DNA of 64,000 nucleotides from Adineta vaga (taxonomy: Eukaryota > Animalia > Rotifera). How positions within the stretch are numbered: position 1 is the stretch's first letter; the number at the start of each line of letters is the position of its first letter. Both the position numbers and the translations under genes were made by a program. The notes beneath the pieces were generated by a model. It was not told where the DNA came from. It ran no database searches and saw only the letters and a program-made list of their open reading frames with translations. The DNA is taken from NCBI GenBank assembly GCA_021613535.1, contig CP075494.1, positions 2,542,001 to 2,606,000 of the forward strand, written 5' to 3'. This document shows positions 1 to 11,470 of the stretch, piece after piece.

Positions 1-651
1 GATCGTTCACGGATAGATCTAGGTAACCAGAGATTAATTGACTCAGATATGATAATTGTTGTCAAAGAAGCGATTATCAAGAAACAATGCATAAAACTCA
101 ATTTGATGAATAATTCAATTACATCAAAAGGTGCTTTTATCTTAGCTTCTGGATTGAAGAATAATTCAATATTACAAGTATTAATTCTTTGTAGTGTTCG
201 TATAGGTGATTTGGGTATTCAATATATTGCCAGAGCACTAACAAACAATAATAATAGTATTAAAGTATTAAATGTAAGTAGCAATGGTCTTACGGATAAA
301 AGCGCAGAAGATTTGGCTATGATGTTAAAGACAAACAAAACCTTAGTTTTTTTGGATTTAAGTAGAAATGAATTAGGTGATGAAGGAATAGCGATTCTGG
401 CTAATGCACTTCAAAACCATAACAATACATTGGAATATTTGGATCTATCTTATAATGAATGGATGACGGAATTAAGTGTGGAATTTCTCATTTTAATGAT
501 TACTTATAATGAAGGATTAAAAGCACTTTCTGTGTGGTTTCGCAATCTGTCGACAAAAAATGAAAGTAGACTTAGAAAAGCTGCTGAAAAAGGCAGACTA
601 ACTGTGAATAATCCTTGGATAAATTTAAAATATACGGGTTCTAACTGGTAA
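1..651 (+). CDS. Ribonuclease-inhibitor-type LRR protein (NLRC3-like LRRs), 5' end outside window
   Basis: Frame is open from base 1. Repeated LxxLxLxxNxIxxxGxxxLAxAL units (LDLSRNELGDEGIAILANAL). Confidence 0.8.
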   Translation, partial: DRSRIDLGNQRLIDSDMIIVVKEAIIKKQCIKLNLMNNSITSKGAFILASGLKNNSILQVLILCSVRIGDLGIQYIARALTNNNNSIKVLNVSSNGLTDKSAEDLAMMLKTNKTLVFLDLSRNELGDEGIAILANALQNHNNTLEYLDLSYNEWMTELSVEFLILMITYNEGLKALSVWFRNLSTKNESRLRKAAEKGRLTVNNPWINLKYTGSNW

Positions 652-731
652 TATGTTTTTTCACATTTATTTTTTTTTAATTTATTTTTATGAACAGAAA
701 AAAGCCTTGTGTGTTTTTAAATTCGCCTTTC

Positions 732-838
732 TTTATGGGTGTGGGTGTGGGTTTGGGTGTGGATGGATGGATGTGGATGAATGTGGATACTACATCTATC
801 TAACACCCACCCACACCCACACCCACACCCTCATAAGA
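732..838. repeat. Telomere-repeat palindromic element E1
   Basis: GGGTGTGGGTGTGGG...GGATACTACATCTATCTA...ACACCCACACCCACACCCTCATAAG; 80 bp after the LRR stop. Confidence 0.85.
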
Positions 839-949
839 CCCTCCTTACAGTCAAGGGAACTAATAAATTCCTCTTTTAGTTTTCCCCATGCACCAACATG
901 AAATCTAGGTGTCAAGATGACTGAAACAGCTAGTCTTCATCGACTTGAA

Positions 950-1230
950 GATGAGAAAAGACACTCTAAAGATAATTTATTGCTGAATACTTCGTACAAC
1001 AACAACATAGGTTTGATACATAGAAGTCTAAGAGAACACTCAAAAGTACTTTCATCTTTTGAAAAAAAACTACTTAAAATCTCAAAAAACAATCTACGAA
1101 TGATCCTACCTTGGTAATTGCCCATTCTAATATTGGTCGATTGTATGGACACATGGAAAAATATTCAAAGATTTTTTCATACTCTGAACGATCTATAAAT
1201 ATTTTCAAAACTTTACTATCTGATAATTAA
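950..1230 (+). pseudogene. TPR-repeat (TPR_12-like) gene 3' fragment
   Basis: TSYNNNIGLIHRSLREHSKVLSSFEK, then after a frameshift LVIAHSNIGRLYGHMEKYSKIFSYSERSINIFKTLL. Confidence 0.65.
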
Positions 1231-1732
1231 AACTAAAATTACCAATTCAATCGGAATGAAATAATTTTCTATTATTTAATGACTCGATCATAACTTTAAG
1301 TTGATCAAGCATAAGACCAGAATGTGTCACAAATAAAATTGACCTTAGTGTAAAAATAATTTTTCTACTGTGAAAGCTTTTCACTCATCCCTTATCAACT
1401 AAAATACTTTTTGATATCAATTTTTTGAATATAAAATTCTGCTTCTTTTCATTTTTCCATAGATTTAAAATTGAGAATAAATCAAAAGTATCTTTACTCA
1501 TAGAGAAGTTGTTGAAAGAATATTTTAATAAGTAACATTATATTATGTGCTTTTTCAAATTGAACAATGAAATTAAAAGAAAACAGCTTTCTTTCACTCT
1601 GTGTATTTATCACATCGAATATCAAGTAGAAAGCATAAGAAGATATCATAAATTATTAAATATATACACCTTTTAATATAAATACAACGGTAAAAACACA
1701 TTATTTCACAATCTATACACTTTTATCACACG

Positions 1733-3463
1733 ATGTCTACAATGAAATTTGAATTCTTCCCAAATGAAATCTTACTTCAATGTTTTCAATATCTTAATAT
1801 TATTCATATTTTTCATTCATTTGATCAATTAAATCATCGTTTCAATTCTCTTATTCGAACTATTTCATTTCATTTGAATTTTCAAAATATTCAAAACAAA
1901 TTTCAATGTGAAGAATTTTGTCAGAAATTATCCACTGATGAAACAATTCGAAATCAACTATATTCATTACATTTATCTAATGGAAATACATTTTATCCAG
2001 TTCATTTATTTATTTCAAAGTTTCCACTTTTACAATTTGTTCATCTTCGTTCATTAACTTTATATAAACTAACAAAAAATAATTCGAAATCTATTCGTAA
2101 AATATTATCATCAATACCTGAATTATGTTCTTTTCGAATGATTGATTGTTGTCCTTTCTCAGATGATCTAATATTCGTATTGCCAATATCAAAATTACAA
2201 ACATTAATCATTCCTCAGAAATTACTTTCACGATCGATATCAGATATTCAATTTTCGACAATTATGCATTTATCGATTGATGAATGTGATTTAGTTGATT
2301 TATTTATTCTATTAAATAATGCATTAAAACTGAATTATTTTAAAACAGACAGTGTCTTTCACCGCAAAAGAAAAAATACAATACCAGATGATTCTAGGTG
2401 TATTAAAAGTCCTGCTAATAATCTTAAAACATTACATATTAATTACTTTGAGAATACCGTATCTTATTTTTTTATTCTGTTAAAAAGAACACCAAATTTA
2501 GAAAATTTAATTATACTACGTATTAATGATCCACATTTTATCAATGCTTATGAATGGCAAAAGTTCATAACTTCTTCATTACCTCATTTAAAGAATTTCA
2601 AATTTCAATTTAATGTCAACCATTTTTCACAAAGCTATGATACTGAACAAAGTTTGAAAGAATTTCAAAATGATTTCTGATGTAATAAACATCATTGGTA
2701 CACAGAATATATTATATGGCCATATTCGGTATCTGTTTATACCATGCCATACTCGCTTGCTATATTTAGATTCGACGAATTTGGTGATAGGTATTACAAT
2801 AAATCAACTAATCATTTCAATACATTTGATAATGTAAAATATTTAATAGTTAATCCTCAAAAATTAGCAGAAAAAACTCAATTCTATTTTCCTAAAGTTG
2901 ATACCCTATCCCTTGCAGATGAATATTTGGAATATGAAGACTATGTCAAAATGAGTTCTTTACAACTAGAATATCTTCAAACAATGGTTAATTTATCAAA
3001 TATTAAACATTTGATTCTAGTCGATGTTCCACGATCTATAACAAAAGATAAATGTAAAAAAATGTTAGAATTTACAGCACAATTATCATCAATATGCCTC
3101 AACTGTCTCGATTTAATGTGTTGGCTTGAGGACGATGAACTATGCAAATCTTTAAATAAAATTATTAAAAAATTGGATATTCATGGTGGTTTATTCGATA
3201 TGTCAGATCAATTAAAACTAAAACGATTATGTACGGTATTTACAAATCTTGAACAACTCACATGTTTTGGAGATACATCGGTTATTGTGTTCTTAATCAA
3301 ACATTTATCTAAATTAATATACATCGAAATTCATCGATGTTTGAAAAGTCATGAAATATCTTGGATTGAAGAAAACACTAGAAACCTTGAATTAGATATA
3401 ACTGTTGATTTTGATGATGATAATCTTTTGAAGAATACATTTATTTGGATCAATCGAAATTAG
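1733..3463 (+). pseudogene. F-box/LRR-like protein interrupted by one in-frame TGA (2678-2680)
   Basis: F-box FEFFPNEILLQCFQYL. The two ORFs are in the same frame and read DF*CNKHHWYTEY...YTMPY, where the family has FW. Confidence 0.75.
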
Positions 3464-3709
3464 ACAGAATTACTAATCATCTAATAAACTGTCATTTTTG
3501 AATAAAAACATAAGATTCACCGCTTTTTTTAATTGTAAAAGAAACATTTCATTAAGAACTATGTATTACGATGTTGAGAAATGAAAATGTTTCATGGAGT
3601 AGACAAAAACAAAGAAAATTTCTGGAAATATTTAAATCAATGTCATAAACTATTATTGTACGTTTAATATTTATTTTCTAATCAAACGTAAGCATACAAT
3701 GTACAAAAT

Positions 3710-4442
3710 CTACTCATTACGAGTAAGCGTTTCTTTTATTTGTTGAGTCATTGATTCAACTGTATCTGAAACCCTATCTGATACTATTCGATCTCTTACG
3801 CGTTGTGCAACTTCAGTGTAACATGGACGACTAATAATTCCAACTGCTTCAAAAAAAGCAGATAAATAAGTTAAACCAAGTTCAAAATAAATCAGATTCG
3901 AAGAACATGCTACTGTAAGTAAAACTGTATAATCCAATGAAATCATACGATCATTTTCAGATAAATTAACAAAATCTTTATTACTAATATATAATGAATT
4001 ACCTTGATGCATTAATGATTGCGTCATATGTAAAACTGATACAGATTTATAACGTAACTTGAGAGGAAGTTTGTTTTGTTCGTATGTATAATTTCGACCA
4101 ATGATTAAACCACTATACTTATCGAAACATTGTAATAAATTCGAAAGAAGTTTCCATTGTTCACTGTTTAAATTTGAATGATCTGTTGTTAAAAGATTTA
4201 ATGTTGATAACTAAAATTATAGGTAAGAAAAATTCATGATTAGCAAAAGAATAGAAATGTGTTACTAACTACAAATATGTCGATTATTGATATTTATATC
4301 ACAATTATTCTCATATGGACATTGAAGTACATTCTAAAATAAAACTTTAGAAGTCTAAAAGAAAAGTTCGTGAACCGACCTGTTTCTCTGCATTTCTTCT
4401 AAAGAACATTTTACATGATTTACATGCAATACATCCATAGTA
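3710..4442 (-). pseudogene. Nuclear hormone receptor remnant (partial DBD + deleted LBD)
   Basis: Exon YYGCIACKSCKMFFRRNAEKQ (4442 to ~4380); exon NVLQCPYENNCDININNRHICS; then LSTLNLLTTDHSNLNSEQWKLLSNLLQCFD with a frameshift. The first Cys pair is missing. Confidence 0.8.
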
Positions 4443-4460
4443 AGGGTGAGGGTGAAAGTG
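4443..4460 (+). repeat. Single G-rich arm E2 (AGGGTGAGGGTGA) abutting the truncated NHR
   Basis: Begins at the base after the last recognisable DBD codon. Confidence 0.6.
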
Positions 4461-5049
4461 TGTCGGGACAGTATGAACATAATCGGATCGATATTCAAAG
4501 TAGACTTATTTCAAATAATATTATTATCATTAGGAATAGTAAACTTTTACTTTGAAGGTTTCAAAATATGGCTAATAAATGCTTAACATCATTGTCAAGT
4601 GTCTATTATTTGATGTTCTTTTTTATATAAAACGATTTGGAAAATAAAAGTCATGAATTAGTATTTATATTGTCTTTCTTACTGCAATTATTATAACATT
4701 ATTTTCTACAACAAATCTATAGTGAAATACCAACTATTCAGTCTGTAAGTCAAATATTTAGTCATTTTCTTTCCTTATTATTTCTTTTCAATCATTTTAT
4801 TATTTTATTAGTTTTTTCTATTTATATAACATTTCTTGTAACAATAGGGAAATTCTGATCAGCTTTAAATTCATTCATTATTCTTTATATAACGAATTGT
4901 TTATCAACAAATGAAGAATTATTCATTTCATCTTAATTTTGAAATATTCATTTTTTGGTACATTGTTTTTATCTAAATCTGACTCATAAATGAATATTTA
5001 TACCATCATCATACGTGTTTTTTTCCTTATTCTTTCACAACAAAGTATG

Positions 5050-5425
5050 AATAAGATGAATTTACAGTATAAAAGTCTGAAAAAATTCAAACAATAGTGA
5101 ATAATAAAAGTAATGATACATCATATGTTGGTGCTTGTCCTGATGTTATGTACAGAAGATTATCTTTCATTTGTTCCAAAAAATCATCACAGTGAAATAC
5201 CAGTACTTCAACTTTTTCTTGGTAAATATAAAATGTATTCATTAACAACAGAATGTGAAGCAAATGATGATGATCTATATCGTCATGTACCAACTATTTT
5301 CAATTATCTTCATGATCAATATCATCGTGATATAAATAAAGATTGTATTTCACGGATTTTGATAAATCATATTTTGATAATGATGTTAAAAATTCCAATA
5401 AACTTACAGCTGATCATTTCGATAA
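5050..5425 (+). pseudogene. Frameshifted fragment of an unidentified protein gene
   Basis: Coding-like across frames (SYVGACPDV / EDYLSFVPKNHHSEIPVLQLFLGKY... / FTDFDKSYFDND); ends at element E3. Confidence 0.4.
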
Positions 5426-5546
5426 TTGAGGGTGTAGGTGTTTGTGGGTGAAGGAACGAGTATAACCCACACCCATCTTGAGGGTGTGAGTGAGGGAATA
5501 GATGGATGGATCATGTGTTTAAACGAAGTACCCTCACTCTCACAAT
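5426..5546. repeat. Two adjacent telomere-repeat palindromes E3a/E3b
   Basis: TTGAGGGTGTAGGTG...ACCCACACCC followed directly by ATCTTGAGGGTGTGAGTGAGGG...ACCCTCACTCTCAC. Confidence 0.75.
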
Positions 5547-5689
5547 ATATTTTCTATTTGATTAGAACATTTCTTTATTAAAGATGTATCACTTCGAGGA
5601 TGGACATGATTTCTCGTTTATTTCTTCACACTCTAGTACCCTCATCGAGTTTCCAATGATCCTCTAGTGTAATTGCACACCTGACTAGT

Positions 5690-7619
5690 CTAGTAGAAAT
5701 TTCCGTGAAGTGAAAAAGGGATGGGCACCGGGAGGTAACCTCTGATTATCTCTTCGAAAGTGATTCCATCCAGCAAGAGTATGAATGATTTGTTTGTTTG
5801 TTGTTCGAAAACAATAGTAAGAACAATTCCTTCATCTTCTTGTGCTGATCCTGGTTTGGGAACAAAAATCGGCTCACAGAGACATGTGCATGGTTCTTGC
5901 CAAAGGCCACATATGTGATGTGCTTCTAAATCAATTTTGACTAATGCATCCATCAGGTAACCTTGCGGACCTCGCACTGCATAAACATAACGATATAAGT
6001 GTCCAATATAATTGGGATTGATCCTGGGAAATTCAATTTGGATTGGAATCAGACTATTCTTGTGACTGACTGGATGAGCTGTGGACTGATCTGTGGGCAG
6101 TTTTTGAAGATTTTTATAGGGCTCCAAGCATTCTTTAGTAGTCAGATTGAGATGAAAGCGTCTGACATAGCCAAAACCCGACGGAAAAAGATTTTGACGA
6201 ACTTTCTTCAGGTAAAACTCATCAATAATTCGATGATCATCATAAGTACATATATCAATAACAATTTCATTTCTATGAGTTTGATCGATTTGGTAAGCAT
6301 TGATATGATGAAAAGTAAAAAGGGTCGGGCCTACGATACGTGCTATCTCTTCGCCATTATCTAGACGTATAACGCGAAAATATGTTGGTAGAGCAGCATT
6401 CCATTTGAACATATTGGTAAGCAAATCACCGGTGAGTATGGTTCGAAGTGTATTATATAGAGAGAAATGGAAAGGAATCTCAGATAGAATCAGGTAATCT
6501 TCAGTAATGGATGCACTATGCATATAGGAAGCGGAATCTTCGTAATTGTAACGAAATGACTTTGTCTTCGACCGAATCGTTTGATTGTATTTTTGACCAC
6601 GTTTATTCATATTGTTAGAGATCAAAATAAATCTTCCTGCGTCAACATTTTCGTCATCACCATCATCATTAATGTCATGATGTAGGTCTCTCCCTGAATT
6701 AAATAGAAAATTAATCTTAGATAATAGTTTGAAATACCGTATTTCTTATCAAATGAAAGATGACTTGGAGGTTGCCGTAGTAAGGTGAATTTGTTTCTTA
6801 TTTATCTGTCACGCTTCACTAAAACGAAATCTTCTTCGCATCTCACCACTGGTAAGTAAAATCTACTTCTATCCAGTGAGTCGTTGAGAAGAAAAGAAAA
6901 GATAATGTAGAGAACGTACCGTTATTGTTAAGCTTTGTCTCATCGTCAAATATGAATATCACGTCTAACCATTGTCCGTGTGATTTTGTTATTCTTGTCG
7001 CGTAGCTGACGGTCATTTTTCTTTTGGAATCATACATGACATGCGATGTGGTCATTGTCAGAATTTCTGTTGGCATCGGTTTTGCAAACGTTAATGATGT
7101 GAGAGGAGCAATTGTTTCTAACGTTTGCTCATCGATCACATAGCCCATGACCACTTCCGTTAAGGCTAGCAATTCGTTATTTACTCGTTGAATAGTGACC
7201 AGTGTGTTGTCAGGAAATTGTTCAGGATCACGCGGTGAAAATAACAACTGGAATCGACTGAACAGACTCTTGCACGGATCGGTTCCAAGTTGCCTTGTAA
7301 CTAGACATCCACGTTTCATCGATTCTTTATATGCACGCGATTTAATAAAGCTACTTTGAAAATAAATAGTATTGTTTTCCCCGTCGACCTCGTATTTATT
7401 GATGTATGCGAATCCATCGAATGGATGGTTGACACTGGTGCTAGGATCATTATTCACTTCAAACTGTCCAGGACCATTGCGATATAAACAACCTTTGAGC
7501 CAGTGAGGTATTTTGCCATTCATATCCACTTTCACTGGATGATTGCACTCTTGTGTACTACTAAAGAAAGAAGCTGTATTCCAATCGTCTTGATGACAAC
7601 TGAAAAATGATTTCGCCAT
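5690..7619 (-). CDS. Carotenoid oxygenase (BCO/RPE65 family), multi-exon
   Basis: GKIPHWLKGCLYRNGPG, HPFDG, TDPCKSLF, Fe-ligand His motifs (TSH, YMHS, FHHINAY, LHGNF), EFPRIN, EPIFVP. Introns lie between ~6690 and ~6920; exact small exons are uncertain. Confidence 0.9.
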
Positions 7620-8159
7620 CTTTTCTTATTCGTTACGGATCTAGAACAAGAAACATGATGCTTTTGTACTTGTAACAGTATATGACCGACACATGGCAAG
7701 ACGTATTTAGATTAGCAACTTCAAAAATACGGTGGAAAGTCGATATCTTTTTACTCGACAATACAAAACATCTTTCTCCTGCAGAATAAAACACAAAAAA
7801 CTGTTACATTGGTCTCCATGAAAGAATTGAAAGAGAGATAAGTAACACGCTCTTTTTCGTGCAACTAGATAAACACCGAACGCTGCGAACGTGCGTCTGA
7901 CTATGACACTCCAAAAACAACTCGCTGATGAGTGATGACCGCCTCCGTTTATATATCATTAATCAAACAGTTTATTTTTCATCTATGTGTTCTTAAGTTT
8001 CAATGCAGTCATGACAAGCAAAGAAAATAAGAACAAAAATTTTAAAACAAGGACGAGTCTTTTAAAGCAGTAAATCGGCCCACTGACTTTTTGTCAGAAG
8101 ATACATTAAGAAACCACGCAGATCGATAGATTTCAGCTCGGAGAATACTCTACAGTATT

Positions 8160-8188
8160 ATCTTGACGGTGTGAGGGTGTGGGTGAGT
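8160..8188 (+). repeat. G-rich arm E4 joined to an Athena-like 3' end
   Basis: ATCTTGACGGTGTGAGGGTGTGGGTGAGT. Confidence 0.75.
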
Positions 8189-8890
8189 AAAGCATTCTAC
8201 TATCGCGATTTTGACCATGCTTAAGGATCTCATCAGGTAGATTATACTACATCATATCGCGTATCATTTGTGTGTGATAAGTCTTCTCAAGAATGAAAGC
8301 CTCGAATTATTCCTTTATGCATATGTTCGGCTAGTCGTTGACGAAGATGCTAGTACCCATCATGACTATTCTAGTCAAGTTTTTTTATCTTTTATTTTTA
8401 GTGTAAAAAGATATTTATGACAAACGATATGCAGGATTAGAAAATATGCAATATATAGTAGTGTGCAGAATGTTAGTAATCTGGGTTTCTTCTGGTGTAG
8501 TTTTGTGCTCGTTGTATTTGCAGGTGTCCAGGCGAACGAATTCTTGCTCCATATTGGAATTATTTCGATTATCAATGACCAATCATGTGTGGATAACTAA
8601 TGGCTGTTGAAACGTATCATTCCAAAGTCGATGTACATCTTGTTTAAATGATGCTCGACGTTTTTTATGTATGTAATTTAAGATCATTTAATTGTTCTCT
8701 TTCGGATGTTTTTAGGTTTGTTTTTGTTTATGGCGTGTTCAGAAGAGTTTCTATGTGGATTGTCTTGCATTTTAGCCAGTTTTGGTGCAAGCTGATATTC
8801 TGAAACAGTTGGTGTATGTAGAGTTTGATGAAGAATTTTCTTTAAGTTGTCTTCGTCATCGACTAATGTCTCACGTAGGGTATCTTAGAC
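8189..8890 (-). mobile_element. Degenerate 3' portion of an Athena/Terminon-like Penelope retroelement
   Basis: MILNYIHKKRRASFKQDVHRLWNDTFQQPLVIHT*LVIDNRNNSNMEQEFVR resembles, from memory, the C-terminal extension of bdelloid PLE RT ORFs. It is followed by a hammerhead motif and reverse-complement telomeric repeats. Confidence 0.6.
8196..8241 (-). ncRNA. Minimal type I hammerhead ribozyme motif (Penelope/Athena pLTR type), probably inactivated
   Basis: Minus strand TCTAC-CTGATGA-GATC..GGTC-AAAA-TCGCGA-TA-GTAGA: stem I TCTAC/GTAGA, palindromic stem III, core GAAA changed to AAAA. Confidence 0.7.
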
Positions 8891-9345
8891 TAGGATTCGA
8901 GTTTTTTCCAAATGGATTCGCCCGAAAGTTAGACCAACATTAGATCAAGATGCAGCTCGACGAGCTCTATAGAATGGTGTATTTACTTTTCCCAAAAGAC
9001 CTTTCCTTCTGGTAAAAAACCTCGAAAAACTAGTAAAAAATAGGTGAAAAATCGAAAAAATTCAGTAAAACCTGTAGGAATTCGCCTATAGGTTAGACCA
9101 AACGATGAAACTTCCTGGATCCATAGATCTCGACGAGTTCTACCGAATGAACACCTTTTTGGTTCAATTCAGATAAGTTTTAGTAGTACAAATTGCTAAA
9201 CAGTAACTTCTTACTAATGAATTTATCAGATCCAAAAAATATGGAGTTGGTGGTTAGACCAGGTTAGATCAATGTTAGACCAAGATAGAACTCCATGAGA
9301 TCTATCGATTGACCACCATGGATGCTATCTTGAAACTAATTATAA
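8890..9345. mobile_element. Non-autonomous DNA transposon-like remnant
   Basis: Repeated TTAGACCA motifs and AGCTCGACGAGCTCT / ATCTCGACGAGTTCT units; no ORF. Confidence 0.35.
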
Positions 9346-9404
9346 TCAACAAAGGCTGTTCTGAATAAATTTAAGACAGAATAATAGCAAAAGAACGAAT
9401 TATA

Positions 9405-9580
9405 CACTCTAAAAAAAATAGGTACCTTACTGAACTTCAAAGGTTCAGTAGTTCTGCGTCGAACTAATATAAGTTCGGTAGAGTGAAAAAGGTTCCGTAG
9501 TCGCTGATGAAAACTTTTTTAGGCTCAGAAATTCATACATAGTTCTGTAGGTTTTCGACTAAACCCCCCCCCCCCCCCAA
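9405..9580 (+). mobile_element. Truncated DNA transposon left end (CACTCTAAAAAAA terminus)
   Basis: CACT-type terminus with repeated GGTTC/GTTC subterminal motifs; cut off at element E5. Confidence 0.4.
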
Positions 9581-9669
9581 AGGTGTGGGTGTGTGCGTGC
9601 GGCTGAGATTACACTTTTAATCCACACTCACTCATACCCACACCCACCCACACCCACACCCTCAAGATG
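9581..9669. repeat. Telomere-repeat palindrome E5
   Basis: GGTGTGGGTGTGTG...CACTCATACCCACACCCACCCACACCCACACCCTCAAGAT. Confidence 0.85.
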
Positions 9670-9831
9670 TTTTAAATACCATTACAGGTGAGATTGTATG
9701 TTTTCTTCTTTGAGATAATATATGAAATACTACTTGTAACAGAGTATTTATTCCTTGATTTGGATTATTATGAAGTTATTTTTATCAAATTTAGTTGATC
9801 GAAGTGATTTCTTTTAATCATTATTAGGAAT

Positions 9832-9882
9832 TTGATTCATCTGATGAAGAACTGTAATAGGTTCGAAACCGGTCATGGCAAC
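9832..9882 (+). ncRNA. Minimal hammerhead ribozyme motif (PLE pLTR type)
   Basis: CAT-CTGATGA-(A)GAAC..GTTC-GAAACCGGTC-ATG: palindromic stem III ACCGGT, GUC cleavage triplet 9872-9874, short stem I. Confidence 0.7.
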
Positions 9883-9886
9883 TATT

Positions 9887-9912
9887 ACACACACCCACAT
9901 CCACACCCTTCT
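9887..9912 (-). repeat. C-rich arm E6 directly 3' of the hammerhead
   Basis: ACACACACCCACATCCACACCCTT. Confidence 0.7.
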
Positions 9913-10089
9913 AAATAAGCACGTCAAAATCCGAAATTATCATTAGGGTCAAGATTGAATTTTGATGTCAGATTTCGAGTTTAACCTGGTTTCCACCAAG
10001 CCACACTCGGATCTTAGAATGACCTAAATTCTAGATTAGTCTACGACATATACATATCTTTTATTGTCTTTAAGAAAAAAAATTCGGAA

Positions 10090-11470
10090 TCACACTCCAA
10101 ATGCAATTGTCACTGCTCCATGAAGATCACAGAGTACTTTGGTATCGCCATGACTACCCGCTCCTGCCGCGATATAGATCGGAACGAAGTGATCTTCGCG
10201 AGGATGAGCCAGCCGAAATCCTGGATGTCTCACCACTTGTTTCAACGCATCAAGTCGTTGGTTCTGTGATGCCTCCGCCGCTTTGATCACTGTTCTTTCA
10301 AAATCTTTCACCTGTGCACTGGCTGAATCGGGTGAGAATTGCTTGAAATCTCTCAAATTGTGAATGGAGAGACCACCGGAGAGAATGAGTATTCCTTCAT
10401 CTCGAAGAGATTCCACTGCTTTGCCTAGAGCGATTTCTCGATCAGGATCAAGACTTGAATCCATGGAAACTTCGATGATTGGCAAGGGAAAAGGCTGTTC
10501 TGGGAACATATGTATGAATGGAACGAACACGCCATGATCGAGACCACGTTCACTGTTTTTGATCATTTTCACCGGGATTTTGGCTTGCTCGAGAAGATCT
10601 TTGATACGTTTAGCGATCGAACATGATCCATGTGATTCCCATGTGACCTAGACAAAAACGGTGCGTCTCAAAATCCGTTTGCAATACATGGCAGGCTTGA
10701 GTTGAAGGTGTCACGACAGAAAAGTCACAATCAAAATTATGTTTGATCGATATGAGGATGAGAAAGGAAATGCAAAGAGGCATATACTAGGCGACGCTGC
10801 TGTGTGTCAGTGGTTAGTGAAAAATGGCTAGGTGAAAGATACGCAGTACTGGCCTTCTACTTATAGATAATGCATTGAGAATGATATGCTGCTTCTCCCT
10901 TTCCGTCGAGCACTGCCTGAGAAATTATCGAAACACCCAGACTATCTAAAATATGGATGATTTTACTAGTTTCAAGAAAATCGAAGATGTCTCAAGCAAA
11001 AAGTATGGCGTATGTTAGGTGAATCCTGGTTTGATATCTCAAAGTAATGAAGAGGACGTCTATTTCGAGAAGACCCTCATTATTTCAAGACTCTCTAATT
11101 TGCTCAGTCTTACCTTGTAGAGTTCATCGGGAAAATTGTAGTAGTCATATAAGAGTCCATTTTTCTCGTCATTATTCATGACCTCGATATGTCCTTGTGT
11201 TTCCCAATGAGCGGAGAAGACAAGAATCGCTTTTGGTTTGTAGCGTTGTAAAAGGAACGGACCGAGAGCTTTAAGAAAGTTGGCATGAGCACCATTGGGG
11301 CCTGAGATGCCCATCATATGCGACATTCGAGAGTCTGATTCATTAAGCAAGTGTTTTGGCCAAATGAGCATTGGAGAACCATGGGCTAGAAAAAAGGCAG
11401 GAATGCGGGTGGTCGATGGAGACGCGGGAAGACTTTTATTGAGATTCGCAGAGTACTCGTCGACAGACAT
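10090..11470 (-). CDS. DODA/LigB (YgiD-like) extradiol dioxygenase, 2 exons (11470-11114, 10647-10090), ~304 aa
   Basis: FFLAHGSPM, FSAHWET, LLYDYYNFPDELY, RGLDHGVFVP, LILSGGLSIHNLR, AHPREDHFVP. A phase-0 GTAAG...CTAG intron joins the frames. Confidence 0.9.

Noticed and set aside
653-901. 82-aa ORF with GCGCG and THTHT runs (similarly 34331-34513 and 43665-43886)
   Set aside because: The runs are translations of the telomeric arms, not real protein features.
9564-9578. Poly-C run as a functional G4 element
   Set aside because: Single homopolymer at a junction; length is unreliable and there is no further support.
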